Source: Anthoceros angustus
Lineage: Eukaryota > Plantae > Anthocerotophyta
Direction: 5' to 3'
DNA length: 64,000 bases
Assembly (NCBI GenBank): GCA_010909165.1
Contig: VJWM01000182.1
Location: forward strand, 310,001-374,000
Below the pieces are notes generated by a model. That model was not told the origin of the DNA. It did not search any database and worked only from the letters and a program-made list of their open reading frames with translations. Below, piece after piece: positions 1-12,083 of the stretch; within the stretch, counting starts at the first letter, position 1, and each line of letters opens with the position of its first letter. Made by a program: the position numbers and the translations under genes.

Positions 1-724
1 ACGCCGCTTCTACCTTCCACACACACACACACAATTTGATGGGTGCAGCAAGCTCGGTCGCCTGTTTGCGAAAATATCCACTTGGCATTGTTGTGGGCCA
101 CAAGTACGTCCTACTAAGTGGTTTGGCATCGCCAAGACGAGATACAGGGGCTCCCGAATTGGTCCACGTCCATCGAGAGACCATCCCTGCCATGACAAGC
201 TCACCAAGCTAGCCGTGCACATGTCCACCTTCCTCTCAGTCCCGGCTTCGAAGAGAGACGTCTCAGAAGGGTGATGAAACTGCTTCCAAGTCCAAGGGTT
301 TCCCCACGAAAAGCGCTGGCCCCATGTAGGATACAGGTGCGGTGGGCGGAGAAACCTCAAAGGGGTTCGACCCACAGTTGTGACCGAAGAGCGCTTGCAC
401 CACAGCTGGACGGAATTCCGGAGCTGCAGGCATGGCTTGTGAGGGCTACCTGTATGGCAACAGCCGACTGCATTCTCGCATCAGGCTGGCTGCGATGCAA
501 ATCAGGGACTGGCAAATTCCAAACGTTACCCCGTGACGAGGCCATGATTGTTTACAACAGGTAGCCCCACAGGGCATGGTGATGGGTGGCACCCACCCAC
601 CAAGCACTGATCCGTCCCAAGGACGCTAAACTGTAGAGTTCCATGCAACTCGTGTCCGGATGGGAGGACAACACTCTCCCTCGACCTCGACGCATGGCTT
701 TGAACACATCCACGTCCGACTCAG

Positions 725-1593
725 TTATGAGACCTCGGGAGGCAAAGAAGTGGAGAAGGACCAGGCGTAGACGAAATTGTTCTCCGCGTTCAAACCGGTG
801 GCAGCCGAGAATCCCACATACGAGAGCGGGTTGATGATGCTGAGCAGATCGAGGTAGTAGGAGAAGAGGAACGTTTTCTGCGCGGACCCCTTAGCGGCAT
901 ACACCGTCACGAGATGCCGGAATGCGTCGTAATCCACCCACACGGTCGCCTGCTGCGGGGGGAGAATGAACTTGTCTATGACGATACCTGAGACGTCCGC
1001 CGTGATCTCGGACACAATGCTGTTGACATCCAGCCCGATGTGGGGTACGAATCCGGGGTCCCACGCGTTCTGGAAGGTGTCGATCTCCACCGCAACCGTG
1101 CGGATAGCGGGGTCCCCGTTGGGGTAGTCCTCGGAGAAGATCCCGATGTGGCCCCCGACGGCCGAGGCATTGACGTAGGGCGTGGGCGCGATGACAAACG
1201 CCAGCCCGTCGGCAGTTCCGGAGACATTCGACCCGCCAGGCGGCGCCTGGATGGCGAATGTGAAGTTGGTGGAGAAGGAGACGGGCGTGCCGGTGCTGGG
1301 ATCCAGGAAGGGGACGGAATCGTTGTAGAATGCACCCGCCGTGGTGTTCCGGTCTGGCCCCACGAGCGACACGAAGTTGGTTGCGTAGAAGGCCTTCTCG
1401 CTCAAGGTGATGGGCGAATCGGGGCTCCACTCGCTGACGCTGAAGCTCACGAGTTGTCCCGGCAGACCGCTGTCGCCGCCGACTGTCCACACAGCGGTGA
1501 GGAGCAGAGCCAGGCGTGCAGCAGCGACAGCGCCAGGGGAGTGTAGCCCACACTGGCGTGACCGGTACGAGGTCGAGTCGAGGAGGAAGCCAT
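725..1593 (-). CDS. Secreted L-type (legume) lectin, copy L1; 1-nt frameshift just after the start codon (pseudogene or assembly error)
   Basis: ORF 725-1492 has ADGLAF, VAVEIDTFQNAWDP..PHIGLDVNS and YVGFSAATG. The family start motif ATG GCT TCC TCC TCG (MASSS) is at 1593 but is 101 nt upstream, so out of frame. Adding one G at ~1577 gives MASSSTSTSYRSRQCGLHSPGAVAAARLALLLTAVWTVGG, a plausible signal peptide. Confidence 0.88.
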
Positions 1594-1799
1594 GGCTGGG
1601 CTGCTTGGGCTGCTGGTGCCGCCGCCGAGGCTGAGGGGCCTTGGCTGATGACTCTGTGTGCCATTGTATTGCATGCCATTGCTAGATATATAGTGCGGAC
1701 TCGGATCCCTGCCGGGAATCCGATGGGTGTCAGTCAAGGAGGGGATTGATTGGCCAAGTATCCTAGATAGAAGAAAAATGGTACAGTAATAAATTATGA

Positions 1800-1869
<70 letters not shown>

Positions 1870-1915
1870 GTTATTGTTATTGTTATTGTTATTGTTATTA
1901 TTATTATTATTATTA
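1800..1915. repeat. (ATT)n microsatellite with (ATTGTT) variants
   Basis: Read directly; ~115 bp of att/gtt triplets. Confidence 0.97.
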
Positions 1916-3224
1916 TATGAAATGGGTTTCAAAGGACATCTAAAACTACCCCTTAACCACCGCGGTATGTGTGACCTTGTTTTTTTCGGTTGTATTGTAC
2001 TTCAATATGCTACGGCATCTTCAAGATTTTTTCGTATGATATACATATAATATGTGCCACACATCAACCCGGGTAGGGTCGTACGTGGGCAAAAAACTTT
2101 CTATCACACACTTTTGACCTAGTGTTCCCATTGTCTCATGTCGAAGTTTTGTTCTTGGGGTTTTAGGGTTACGATCAGGTACTCAATGTTATGTGAAACC
2201 GCACCCCTATAGCCAGCAACAAATGCTGCAGCCACCGACAAAAGCGCAGCCTTGCGTGAGAGGCAAACGATCGAGACGCAGAAGTGCCAAATGCACCTGC
2301 AGACGCTTGACCACTTAACATATGCACAATGGAAGGGCACACAAATGCCCATCACAAGAGTCAACCCTAAACCCTAATCACAAGGGGGCAAGAGAAAAAA
2401 AGTTTGTGTGCATCATCAGCTTGACGAGATCGGTACATTGCGGGGCCACGGCAGAGACTGATGTAGTCATGTTGGACATACAGAAATAGTCCCCCCATAT
2501 GTAGCGGGACTATTTCTTTATGTACATAACCATAAGTATATATGGATGGCCTGTGATGAGATCGGTATTTCATACTCTAGGACCTTCTTAGCTTCCTGTC
2601 CAATTTGTGGGTCGATGTATTGCTATACAACTTGAGATTTTTTTAATTTATTATTTTGAAAATAAATCAAAACAACCCCGAGGAGAAATCTTGAGCAAGG
2701 GTTTTGATTCCCCTATGTTACACATCGTATATCACATCAGAAAAAGATTATACTCTTCCCAAGGTCATATGAATACGTGCCTAGATACCATCGCAAGGTT
2801 ATGTGGGACTTGGGAAAAATTCCTCACCCACTAAAACTCCCCACCCTTTACCTTGGCCCGAGAATAAGGGCTGCCGTACATTACTACGTTGGCTCCAACA
2901 TACAACTTGAGATGACATGTTCTTCGTTGTTATAACAACAAGGGACTAAGTTATAATATATGTTTGTTGTATACATGATTGTAACCGCTCTACGTTCTCC
3001 ATTACGAAAGAGAGTCGAATATTTATGGAATAGGGGACCAGGTCTTTGTATACAATATATACTTCTCACGAGGGACTCACACCTTAAAAATATGGGTCCG
3101 TCAGATATGGTTCCGTCAAGTGACAGAGACTATCCTCCCACGTTCATCAGGCCAACGGCGTCAAGGTGAACAGGGAACACCGTCGCCGACCTACCCTGTC
3201 CGCAGTCAAATGGTGAAGCTAATT

Positions 3225-3295
3225 AGGTCTGGGCTGGATCGACCGGGTCGACCTCGAGGAGGAAGCCATGGCTGGGCTGCTGGTGCTCTGGTGCT
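3225..3295 (-). pseudogene. Orphan 5' fragment of a lectin gene (start-codon region only)
   Basis: Plus-strand cgaggaggaagccatggctgggctg matches the start regions at 1580-1603 and 18057-18080. It reads MASSSRSTRSIQPRPN* with no lectin domain following. Confidence 0.75.
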
Positions 3296-3559
3296 GGCCA
3301 ACGTCGGATTTGTACTGTGGAATCGGTCATGGCACGGGACTGATTTGGTAAAGAATATGAAACAGAAGGTGGACCAGTATATATGTTTCTCCACCAGAAT
3401 CCACAGATCTTTCTCCTTCAGGTGCCGCCTGACGCTCTCCTCCTATCCCTTCTTCGGCCTGACGCTCGGCTCCCACGTTGATCATGGCAATGGCAATGCC
3501 ATCAAGGTCGAGGTCAATTGGAACGCCGTCAACCTCAGCCATAGCCAAACCAAAGGTTC

Positions 3560-4350
3560 AACGCTTCGCTTGCGTGGCCCGAATTTGACACTGCGGCCAG
3601 CCCCAGTTTGGACAGGGATGGAGATTCCCGTCCAAGCCTATCACCTCCAAGAAAAAACGACAAGCACAATGCAAATGCACAAGCTTGAAGGACAGCTACA
3701 AAGAATTGAGTTTATGCCTTCACTCCTGACCTACACATCTCATGGTACAGTTTGCCCACGGCCTCCTGCAGACAACCTCCACATGCAATACATGGACAAA
3801 ATATGGTTCCCCAAGTATGCATCCGACTCGTACCCAAATTGACAATGAGGTCATGAACTCGTCGTCCCACAACCAGATCCTTCCTAGCTGCACTGTACAG
3901 TTTTAACACACAGTAAAACAGAGACTGAGAACTAGCAGAGTCCATCTGCGCCAGAGATTCCAGGGCTCCAACGGCCTGGGAAAGCTTCCCCTGCTGACCT
4001 AACAAGCTCACGGTTCCAGCCGTTACAACGCCCATTTCCGATCCTGCACGCTTGCCGGGTACAAAAACCTAGCTTGCGTCTTCCAGTGCACCACATTTTG
4101 TATACATGTCCACAGTCTCTTTCCACAATCTGTAAATGCAGCTACCTGCCTTTCTGTAAGGCACCAGTGCTTGCCCAGGCCTTCAGAAGGCCAGCCAAAG
4201 TACCATGGTTAGCCAAATTCAGCGCTCCCCTCCTGCTCCATTTGTCCATAGAGAACAAGTGCCTCATGTCCGAGCCCTTGCCCGACATACCCAGCTATCA
4301 GGGCACACTCGAGTCCCCCACCAGAGTCTTGTCTCTCATGAGACGTCTCA
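3560..4350 (-). pseudogene. PLS-class PPR pseudogene remnant
   Basis: Frameshifted fragments read GQQGKLSQAVGALE, VLKLY...KDLVVGRRVHDLIV and ALIAGYVGQGLGHEALVLYGQMEQEG...KGR*LHLQIV...DMYTKC. It is homologous to 18950-19990. Confidence 0.85.
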
Positions 4351-4439
4351 GATAGATGGGATGGTGAACGCGCTAGCTAGCAGAATGCATTGCTGTACGA
4401 GGGTATAACAGACCCACTGCCAGCCCAGAATCCCACAGG

Positions 4440-4690
4440 GTTGATGATGCTTGTTTCCAATTGAGCTTGTACCGGAAGGGACGCTTGGCCTCGGCTTTCT
4501 GGGCAGGCGCCTTGGCGGCAAACACCGCCAGGATATGCGATTCAGAGCTGTAGTAGTCCACCCAGATGGTGACCTTCTGCGGGGGACCTTCATCGGGCCC
4601 GTGTGAGATGATAGCGCTGGCATCCGCAGCGATGTTGGACGCAATGCTGTTGGGGGAAGGTTTCGATCTCCACGGCAACTGTCTTGACAG
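4440..4690 (-). pseudogene. Internally deleted C-terminal lectin fragment
   Basis: VAVEIETF is joined directly to NSIASNIAADASAIISHGPDEGPPQKVTIWVDY...LAVFAAKAPAQK, closely paralleling L2. There is no N-terminal half. Confidence 0.88.
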
Positions 4691-4911
4691 ACGAGTTCCC
4701 ACTATGGGCTAGCCTCATGGATCCGTGTGTTGGGAGCACGCTGACGCAATGCTGTCGAGTGGATTGAACAGGCCCGGGGGAATAAATTTCTTGTACATTC
4801 CTTCAGGCTAGCTAGCGATGCATGCGAATGAGGGCCAGGCAAAATCTGGTGCGCCCTCTCGGCGCATTTGCACTTGAAACAAGCGTACGATTCCGCTTTG
4901 GACAAACACTA

Positions 4912-5757
4912 TCAGGCCGATGGACAAGGTGAGAAACAAGACTTGAAGGACCAGGAGTAGACGAAATTGTTCTCCGACGCACCCCCGCTGGCAGCCGAGA
5001 ATCCCACATACGACCGCGGGTTGATGATGCTGGTCAGAATGAGAGGCGCCAGGGACAAGAGAAGCTTTGCCTGAGATTTCCGGGCGGGCGCCTTAGCGGC
5101 AAACACCGCCAAGGAATGCGAACAGGCGTCGTAATCCACCCAGACCGTCACCTTCTGCGGAGCACCCGGCCCGTCCGTGACGATAGCGCTGGCATCCGCA
5201 GTGACGTTGGACACAATGCTGTTGATATCCAGCCCGATGTGGGGAACTGCGGGGTCATAACCATTCTGGAAGGTGTCGATCTCCACCGCAACCGTCTTGA
5301 TGGCGGGGTCCCAGTTCGGAAGGTTCTCGTCGAAGATCCCCATGTGCTCCCCTGCAGACGACGCGGAGACGTTGGGAGTGGGCGCGATGACGAACGCCAG
5401 CCCGTCGGCAGGCCCTGGAACTGGGTTGTTGGCAGCCGGCCCCTGGATGGCGAATGTGAAGCTGGTGTTGAAGGAGGCGGGCCTGCCGGTGCAGGGATCG
5501 ATGAAGGGGACGGCGTCGCTGTGGAAGGCACCCGCCGAGGTGGACTGGGGGAAGCCAGGGCCGACCAGCTGCACGAAGGAGCCGTTGTCAGCGAAGAACG
5601 CACCCTGGCTCAACGTGATGCCCGAGTCGGGGCCCCACTTCCTCGTGCCGAAGCACACCGGTTGAGTTTGACGGTGCCGACTGCAGTTTCCGGCCACGCT
5701 CGACAAAGCGGCGAGCAGCAGAGCGACATGGAGGCACCAGGTCGAGGAGGAAGCCAT
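4912..5757 (-). CDS. Secreted L-type (legume) lectin, copy L2, intact, intronless
   Basis: ATG at 5757 gives 281 aa. It has a signal peptide (MASSSTWCLHVALLLAALSSVAG) and the motifs ADGLAF, VAVEIDTFQNGYDP..PHIGLDINS and YVGFSAASG. It stops right after the lectin domain, with no TM helix or kinase. Confidence 0.95.
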   Translation of the reverse strand: MASSSTWCLHVALLLAALSSVAGNCSRHRQTQPVCFGTRKWGPDSGITLSQGAFFADNGSFVQLVGPGFPQSTSAGAFHSDAVPFIDPCTGRPASFNTSFTFAIQGPAANNPVPGPADGLAFVIAPTPNVSASSAGEHMGIFDENLPNWDPAIKTVAVEIDTFQNGYDPAVPHIGLDINSIVSNVTADASAIVTDGPGAPQKVTVWVDYDACSHSLAVFAAKAPARKSQAKLLLSLAPLILTSIINPRSYVGFSAASGGASENNFVYSWSFKSCFSPCPSA

Positions 5758-5768
5758 AGCCAATGCTG

Positions 5769-5802
<34 letters not shown>

Positions 5803-6067
5803 AGCCTATGCCGATGTTGGGGGCCTTAGCGAGTTCGGAGACTTCAAAGATATTTCGTTCTTTCCAAGTTCGTATTGGATGGCATGCACCTTTTGCAACT
5901 CCATATGTCTGTGTCGGGATCCGCCTGCCGGCAAACGCAATTCCAAAGCGCACCGTCTTGCCAGGCCTACAGAAGAGAATCTGGTTACGACATGGTTTCG
6001 ACAACTCTAAATTTGATCCCCGCGCAGGGTTCGAGCCTTTGACCAGTGCGATGTAAACGCCATGCTT

Positions 6068-9000
6068 AACAACAACAACAACAACAACTTTATTTATGTC
6101 CACTAAGGATGGAAGAACCATCATGGGACAGGGATAGTACAGCATAAAAGAGGTTTAAAAACCGAGTATACTTACGTCGAACTAGAGAAGCAGACTGTAT
6201 GAGGGAAGCAAAAAGAAGGCAAGACTACAAGGAGTCCAACAAGGACCGCCAAGATCAAGAAGCTCGAGAGACATAGTCCAGAGAGCCTAGGAATGTGGAA
6301 AGAAAAAATCAAGAAGCCGCACATTCAAAAGAAGAGAGTAACGAGACCGAATATCGGCATAGGCGGGACAATAAAGAGGAAGTGTGATTGATTCGGGATC
6401 CAAGGAGCAAAGCTTGCATCCTATCGCCTTGGGAGGGGTAGGCTTGAGCCAACGGCCGGTCTCAATCCGAGGTGGTGGGAGCTAACACGAAATTGACCTA
6501 TGAGTGTGCGGAGTTTGAAGGAAAGGGGAACCGAGGTAGCGGGGTAGGAAATTTACGGAGGAGGATTAACTCGGAGCTCGTCTTTGTAAAAGCGGAGTCT
6601 AGAAGTGAGAGGGGAAAAGGAAAGAGGGGACCGTGAGGCGAAGGTATCTTAATTTAAGGGCCTGAATGGAGTGGTTGGGGGATGTGAGAAAGGGGAGTTG
6701 GGAGGAGGAGAGGGCCAAGCGAGTCGAAAAAGGTTCAAACTCGAATCTTCTAAGCTTGGCAGCTTGAGAAAGCCAAAGAAAAGAAGCTTGTGGGTCAAGA
6801 TTGAGCGAGCGAGGAGGACCTAAAGGCAAGGAGGAGGTAAGGGGATCCAAAATGGGATTAGCAATATCAAGGAGGTGGAGGCGGTAAAGAAAGGATGAGA
6901 GACGAAAAAGGCCATCAAGTTCGAGGGAAAAGGCTGCAAATTCGTAAAGGAGGATGGGTAATGGAGTTGAACGCTTACAAGCAATGTGAGCGGAGAAAGG
7001 AAGATTGAACCCTTTCCACCTTCGCCCAAGAAGAAGGGAAAGATCCGGCCCCAAATTTCAGCGCCATACAAGGCGGAGGGAATTACCATAGTGTTGAACA
7101 TGCTCAAGATTGATATCCAAGATTCATCCTCAGATAAAGAACGGCGCAGTACATGAGCCCATCCCTTGGTAGCGGGAGGAGGCGAGGAGGTCCAATTAAA
7201 TTTAGGACCGAAAATAGTGATACCAGATAAGTATAGGATCGAACCATCTCCACCTCGACCATCATAATAAAATTTGCAATCACCCTTGTAATCCCGAGTG
7301 TTGAACCGCATAATCTTGGTCTTGCAGATTGACAAAGAGACCCTTGGTTTTACAAAAAGGGATAAAACATCCAGCTTTTTGCTACTCCGGAATGAGATAA
7401 AAGAACAATATCATCCGCATATAGGAGGATAGGAATACTTTCCAGAAATAGCCGAGCACCAGGGTCGCCAGATCGAAGAAGCCATTCCTCAAGCTCATCA
7501 ATATACAACCCAAAGAGATTTGGGGACAAAGGGTCGCCCTCGCGAACGCCAAGTTGGATAGGGATCTGGTGGGAAGACAAACCACAGGGAGTCTTGATTC
7601 GAGCAAAGACCCTTTTGTAGAGAAGGGTAGCAGCATGCCACAAATGAGGAGGCATCTTAAGAGATTGAAGTCTGTCAAACAACTTATCCCAAGGCACAGA
7701 GTTGAAAGCACGCTTAAAGTCAACAAAACAACGAGACGTGCTTCTTGGATGTCGAGCCCCTTCAACAATAGCCGGAGGGTAAAAGATGATCCAAAGTATT
7801 CGACCGGGCGGAAACCGCTTGGCCCCGAGCACGCACCTTAGCCTCCTCACCAGAAGTAGTCAAGATCTCCAAACTAGAGCTAAAGATCTTAGCATAGATA
7901 GACTCCACGGTGATAAATCGGTAATTAGAAGGGAGATAAGGGTCGCCACTTGAGAATGGAGTGGATATCATTCTCACACCAAGGATCAAACCAAAGACAA
8001 AGCATCATTAAACAGAGAGGCAAGATGCGAGGAGAAGGAGGTAGAGTCAAGAACCGGAATAAATCCCTGTGGATACCATTAGGGTCGATGGTACCACTTG
8101 AGCCCGGATAGCACGGGCAACTAGATTGGCGTGAAAACCCGAGACCGGGATCGAGGAATCGAGGCGGGGAGGCGAGGGATGTGGTAAAGACTATGAACAT
8201 AGGAGAGGAGTTCAGAGTGGCTTTGAGAAGAATGGGTGAGCGGGTGGAATTCCTTCCAAAAGGCGAGCCACCGGGACGCTCAAGCGAGAGATAAGACGGT
8301 GTGTTCACTTGGATGAATTGGGACTTTTCATGGAGATGAAGGCTTTGTAAGGCTTGATGGCTTTGTAAAGAGCGGAATGATGGGATCCGGGAGGAGATTA
8401 AGTTGGCGCAAAGTGAGATGCAATTGAGAGCGCATGCGCTACAATCCGCATCAAACCAGGGATGGCGGGGGTTGGTTTGCACGGGAGGATGGCAAAATTT
8501 GAAAGGAAAAGTGGAGCGGGGCGAGGTTAGAACAGCGGAAGTGGCGGTAGCAAGAAAAGGGAGGTGGGGGAATGGAAGCAAGGAGGAGCGGAGCAAGCTG
8601 GAAAATTGGGGTACAAGGTCTTGTGGAAAGGTGAACTGTGGAGAGAAAGGGAGGGAGGGGATCCCGAGGGGGCGGAGGAACAAAGATCAAAACAATCAAG
8701 AAGATGGTCGACTCCAAACATGTGGAGTCCAGAGTCCGAGCCTAGAAATACGCGAGAGAAGGCCGACGTCACCAATAACATAATCCAACTCGCTAGAAGA
8801 GGAACCATCATCAAGAAAGAATTACTCGTGTCCGCCAACGGGAGTCCGTTGAAAATGACCATGTTGTGGGATTCAGAAGACGAAAAGGGCAACACCATAG
8901 GAATTTAGTGGATGGGTATCGAGGAAGACCGATCGAGCCCGAGGTCGTGATCCTGAGAAATTTTGTCGAAATCAAGGAATCATAGATAGCGACTTGTTGA

Positions 9001-10560
9001 CCGGTCCAAGCGTTGAAGTCCCCAACGAGAAGAATATCGAATAGGGGAAAACTGAGATGGACTCGGAGAGATCCGCATATGGATTACCGCCCTGAGCATA
9101 TTTGGAGGACCTTGGAGGGAAGTAACAGACGCCAACATATAAGTCACGGTGAGAAGAGAAAAGAGCAGAATTAACCCGTGAGGATGAGCTAAGCTCGTCG
9201 TGACGAATAAGGGAGATAAAAGGAGTCAAGGACTCCCGAAAATAGCAAGCAATACCCCCGAAAGCCTTGGGAGAGTTGCTGGAGACATGGTGTCTAAAGG
9301 TAGAAAACATGAATATCCGGAGAACGGCCTAAGGGGCGGTATGATGCTCATGAGTCTCGATAGAAACACAATATCCCGCAATCCCGCCCGTGAGGAGATC
9401 AAGCATTCCGCCAGGTGTAGATTGATAGATCCGCTGCAATTCCAAGAAGCCGGAGGATGCCATCACGGGCCCCGCATCCCTACGGACATGCGCGCCTTGG
9501 GTTCCGTATAACTAGGTCGTCATCAATGAAATAAGCCACCATACCCTCTGATTTTGCCTTCTTACAGTCAAGCAACAATTGCTTCTTGCGTTCCCATTGG
9601 AGAGGAGTAAGGTCAGGGTTTCAAGTTTGTGCGTGCACGTAACACACGCAACCTGTCCTCAAGAGTAAAAAAACGGACAATATAAGTGGGGAATCGAGAA
9701 TGGTCCTTACCCACTCTCCACGCGTGTTGGAACCGAACATCGACCTTGATAACATCAACCAAAAAACCCCTTACAGACTTTCGGAGTAGTTCCGATATCC
9801 TGTAATACGGAGGTTTCGAGATCGCTTATCGCGATCGGGACTCAAATGGTAGCGAATGCGGGCGAAGTTCGCCGCGCCGTGACGGCAAAAGATCGGGTCA
9901 GGGGCAAGGGGCCTATCCGCAATTCTTGAATAACCTCATCATTCTTGGACATGCCAAGACGGATAGAAGTTAATTTGTCTTCAACAATAATTTCAACCTT
10001 CTCCAAAAGGCCGTAGGTCAAACGTGGTAGCCGGAGTAGAGTGTGGAATTGTGGTCAGCTCAACGTGCTTAGAGATCATATTAGCCGCCGTAAATCTTCC
10101 TGTGAGCTCCTTAAGAGATGTCTCAAGATCGATGTCAAGCCATCCATGCGGAAAGTGTCTAGAGAAGTCTGCAATAAGGTGTTCCCATTCTGAAGGCTCA
10201 AAACATCAGCCTGTGTTTGCCGTAATTCATTGAGGAGGGAATCATTGGCTGTATGGAGGGCCTCAAACCTATCAGATAGATCCGAGTGCTTGGCAGAGAG
10301 ATCATCGAGTCTAGCCTCCAAGATAGTAACAGACTCCATGAAAGAAAGTATTTGCCCTCCAAAACGAGAGTCTCCTGCCTCAAGACTATGAACCCTGGAG
10401 AACAGATCTGCCATGTCACATTGCACCTTAGATTCAAGAGAGGACTCTTTAGGGCCATCCGCTGGAGCCATTCCCGCTTGCCAAAATACCGTAGTAGAAC
10501 ACTGAAAGAGAGATTAGCGCGCCATAAGCAGGTTGCCCAATTACCAGACCCTTAGGTGGG
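6068..10560 (-). mobile_element. Decayed near-full-length LINE (ORF1 + APE endonuclease + RT + C-terminal Cys/His region) with (TTG)n 3' tail; clade not determined
   Basis: RT motifs: FVDFKRAFNSV, GVREGDPLSPNLFGLYID, LLYADDIVL. APE fragment: GGIACYFRE..LYVGVCYFPP. C-terminal fragments: FRVSSHHL, CKLCS..HFLFYCPAY. ORF1 has a coiled coil (10076-10471) and DLTPLQWERKKQLL. There are many frameshifts. It ends ...ataaataaag(ttg)n at 6068-6097. The 5' boundary is approximate. Confidence 0.92.
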
Positions 10561-11143
10561 CGGGGCCTGACACGACACAGGGCATGGGCCCCAAGAAGAA
10601 ACCCCTGCATGTAGGACCTAAAAGAAGCCTCGGCCGCCACACCACCGCACCCTAGTACATCGAATCCCGTGCAGCACGGGCACCGCCTGAGAACCAGAAG
10701 GCCCCGACTGTCCGCTCCGCTCTCTACGCACCTCAACCAACTGATCCAGCCCGATAAACATCATTAACCTTGTAAGGAATGGCCCCTCCACACTCGAGTC
10801 CAAACTATCCACGATTTAGTTGCGCGGTTAGGATGCCCGTTGTGGATGCGCGTCAGGCGGACATGAGGGCTTATGGACATGAAATGCCAAGTAGGCGGCC
10901 GTAGGCGGATAGGATCGGGAATTGAGACACAGGCGTCGGCCGATCGAGGGGATCCCGCTGCCCAATTCCATAGCTCAAGCATCTGGACTCGATTCGCCGC
11001 TCAATTCCATAGCTCAAGCATGCAGTCCCGACGAGGTGAGTGTGAAGCGAAGCGAGAACTTTCGAAGCGACGGATGTAGACAACTTCGCCAACGTTGTGC
11101 AGCCGGAAGGAAGTTGCCTCAAGTCCTGATCATACCAGCCCAT

Positions 11144-11670
11144 TGTTAGAAATAATGTATGCATAACATATCAAGAACTGTATGCATAACATATCAAGTA
11201 CTGTATGCATAACATATTAAGTAGAACTAAGCTAAGTCGAGAAAATAATTGAACTAAAGAGCTTCTAGGGCATAGGCCAAGGGCAAGCGGGCAAGTCCAG
11301 TCGCCGAGAGTAGTTGGGCCAATGCCGCCAATAAGCTCCAAGCTAAGGAGCTAGCCTCCTATACAAGGATAGGCTACCTAGAAGTCTAGTGTGGCATGTT
11401 CTTTTGTTGTGTTCAAGGTCCTTGTATCTCTAACTAGCAATACTCTATATTGTAGGGGGAGTATATGTTTGTATGTTATGAAGAGACTATTTTCACTAGC
11501 ATGGTAGTTCCAAGAATTTAGATTGTGTTGTCCCCAGTGCACCTTTAATATGATACTAATGCCCGATGGACTAGGATACTTAATATTAATGCACATCTAG
11601 GGTCTTTAGAGATGTGCATTAATGCACATCTAGCAAGCCGAACTAAGCTCCTTGCAGGAAAAGCGAAACA
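11144..11670. mobile_element. Solo LTR (527 bp)
   Basis: Termini are TGTTAG...GAAACA and the flanking 5-mers are cccat/tccat (TSD with 1 mismatch). It contains a ~20-bp tandem tgtatgcataacatatcaag x3 and starts with the same TGTTAGAAAT as 43707. Confidence 0.7.
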
Positions 11671-12083
11671 TCCATTGCACACACTCTATTGTGTAACTTA
11701 TCTTTTGAACGCAACTACTCCACTCACAATAGAAAAAGCAAAAAATATAATGTGCTCCAGCAAGCACAAAAGGAAAGATAAATCATAACTAATCTGGTTA
11801 AACTAATCACAAACTATTTCATAAATTCCTAAATTGTAATTACAATTGGCTTCAAAGAAACCCTAAACTCTAATTTCCATACACACACACACACCATCAC
11901 AATTGTTCCGAAGCCCCTCAGGCCCCGGGCTGCTAGCAGGATGAGAGTGCATGTGGAAGAATGGTGGATTGCCAACATGTATGACAGAGGGCAGGGCGCA
12001 AGGAAAATGTGAGAAACATGGGTGCACGTGGTGCGGTCATGCGAAGGCTACTATAAGGTCATACACATATCCAGAACAGCGTC

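Noticed and set aside
891-1679. Long alternative-frame and antisense ORFs overlapping the lectins (also 1040-1546, 5116-5829, 17114-18142, 17424-18167)
   Set aside because: These are shadow ORFs of GC-rich coding sequence with no family motifs.
1447-2050. Poly-Asn and poly-Leu ORFs
   Set aside because: They are translations of the (ATT)n microsatellite.
3400-3545. Coding-looking stretch LTLSSYPFFGLTLGSHVDHGNGNAIKVEVNW
   Set aside because: It is short, has no recognisable family and has no supported start or splice structure.
6017-6066. tRNA-like B-box (gggttcgagcc / ggctcgaaccc) next to the LINE tail
   Set aside because: No acceptor stem, D-arm or A-box can be built; at most it is a SINE/tRNA relic.
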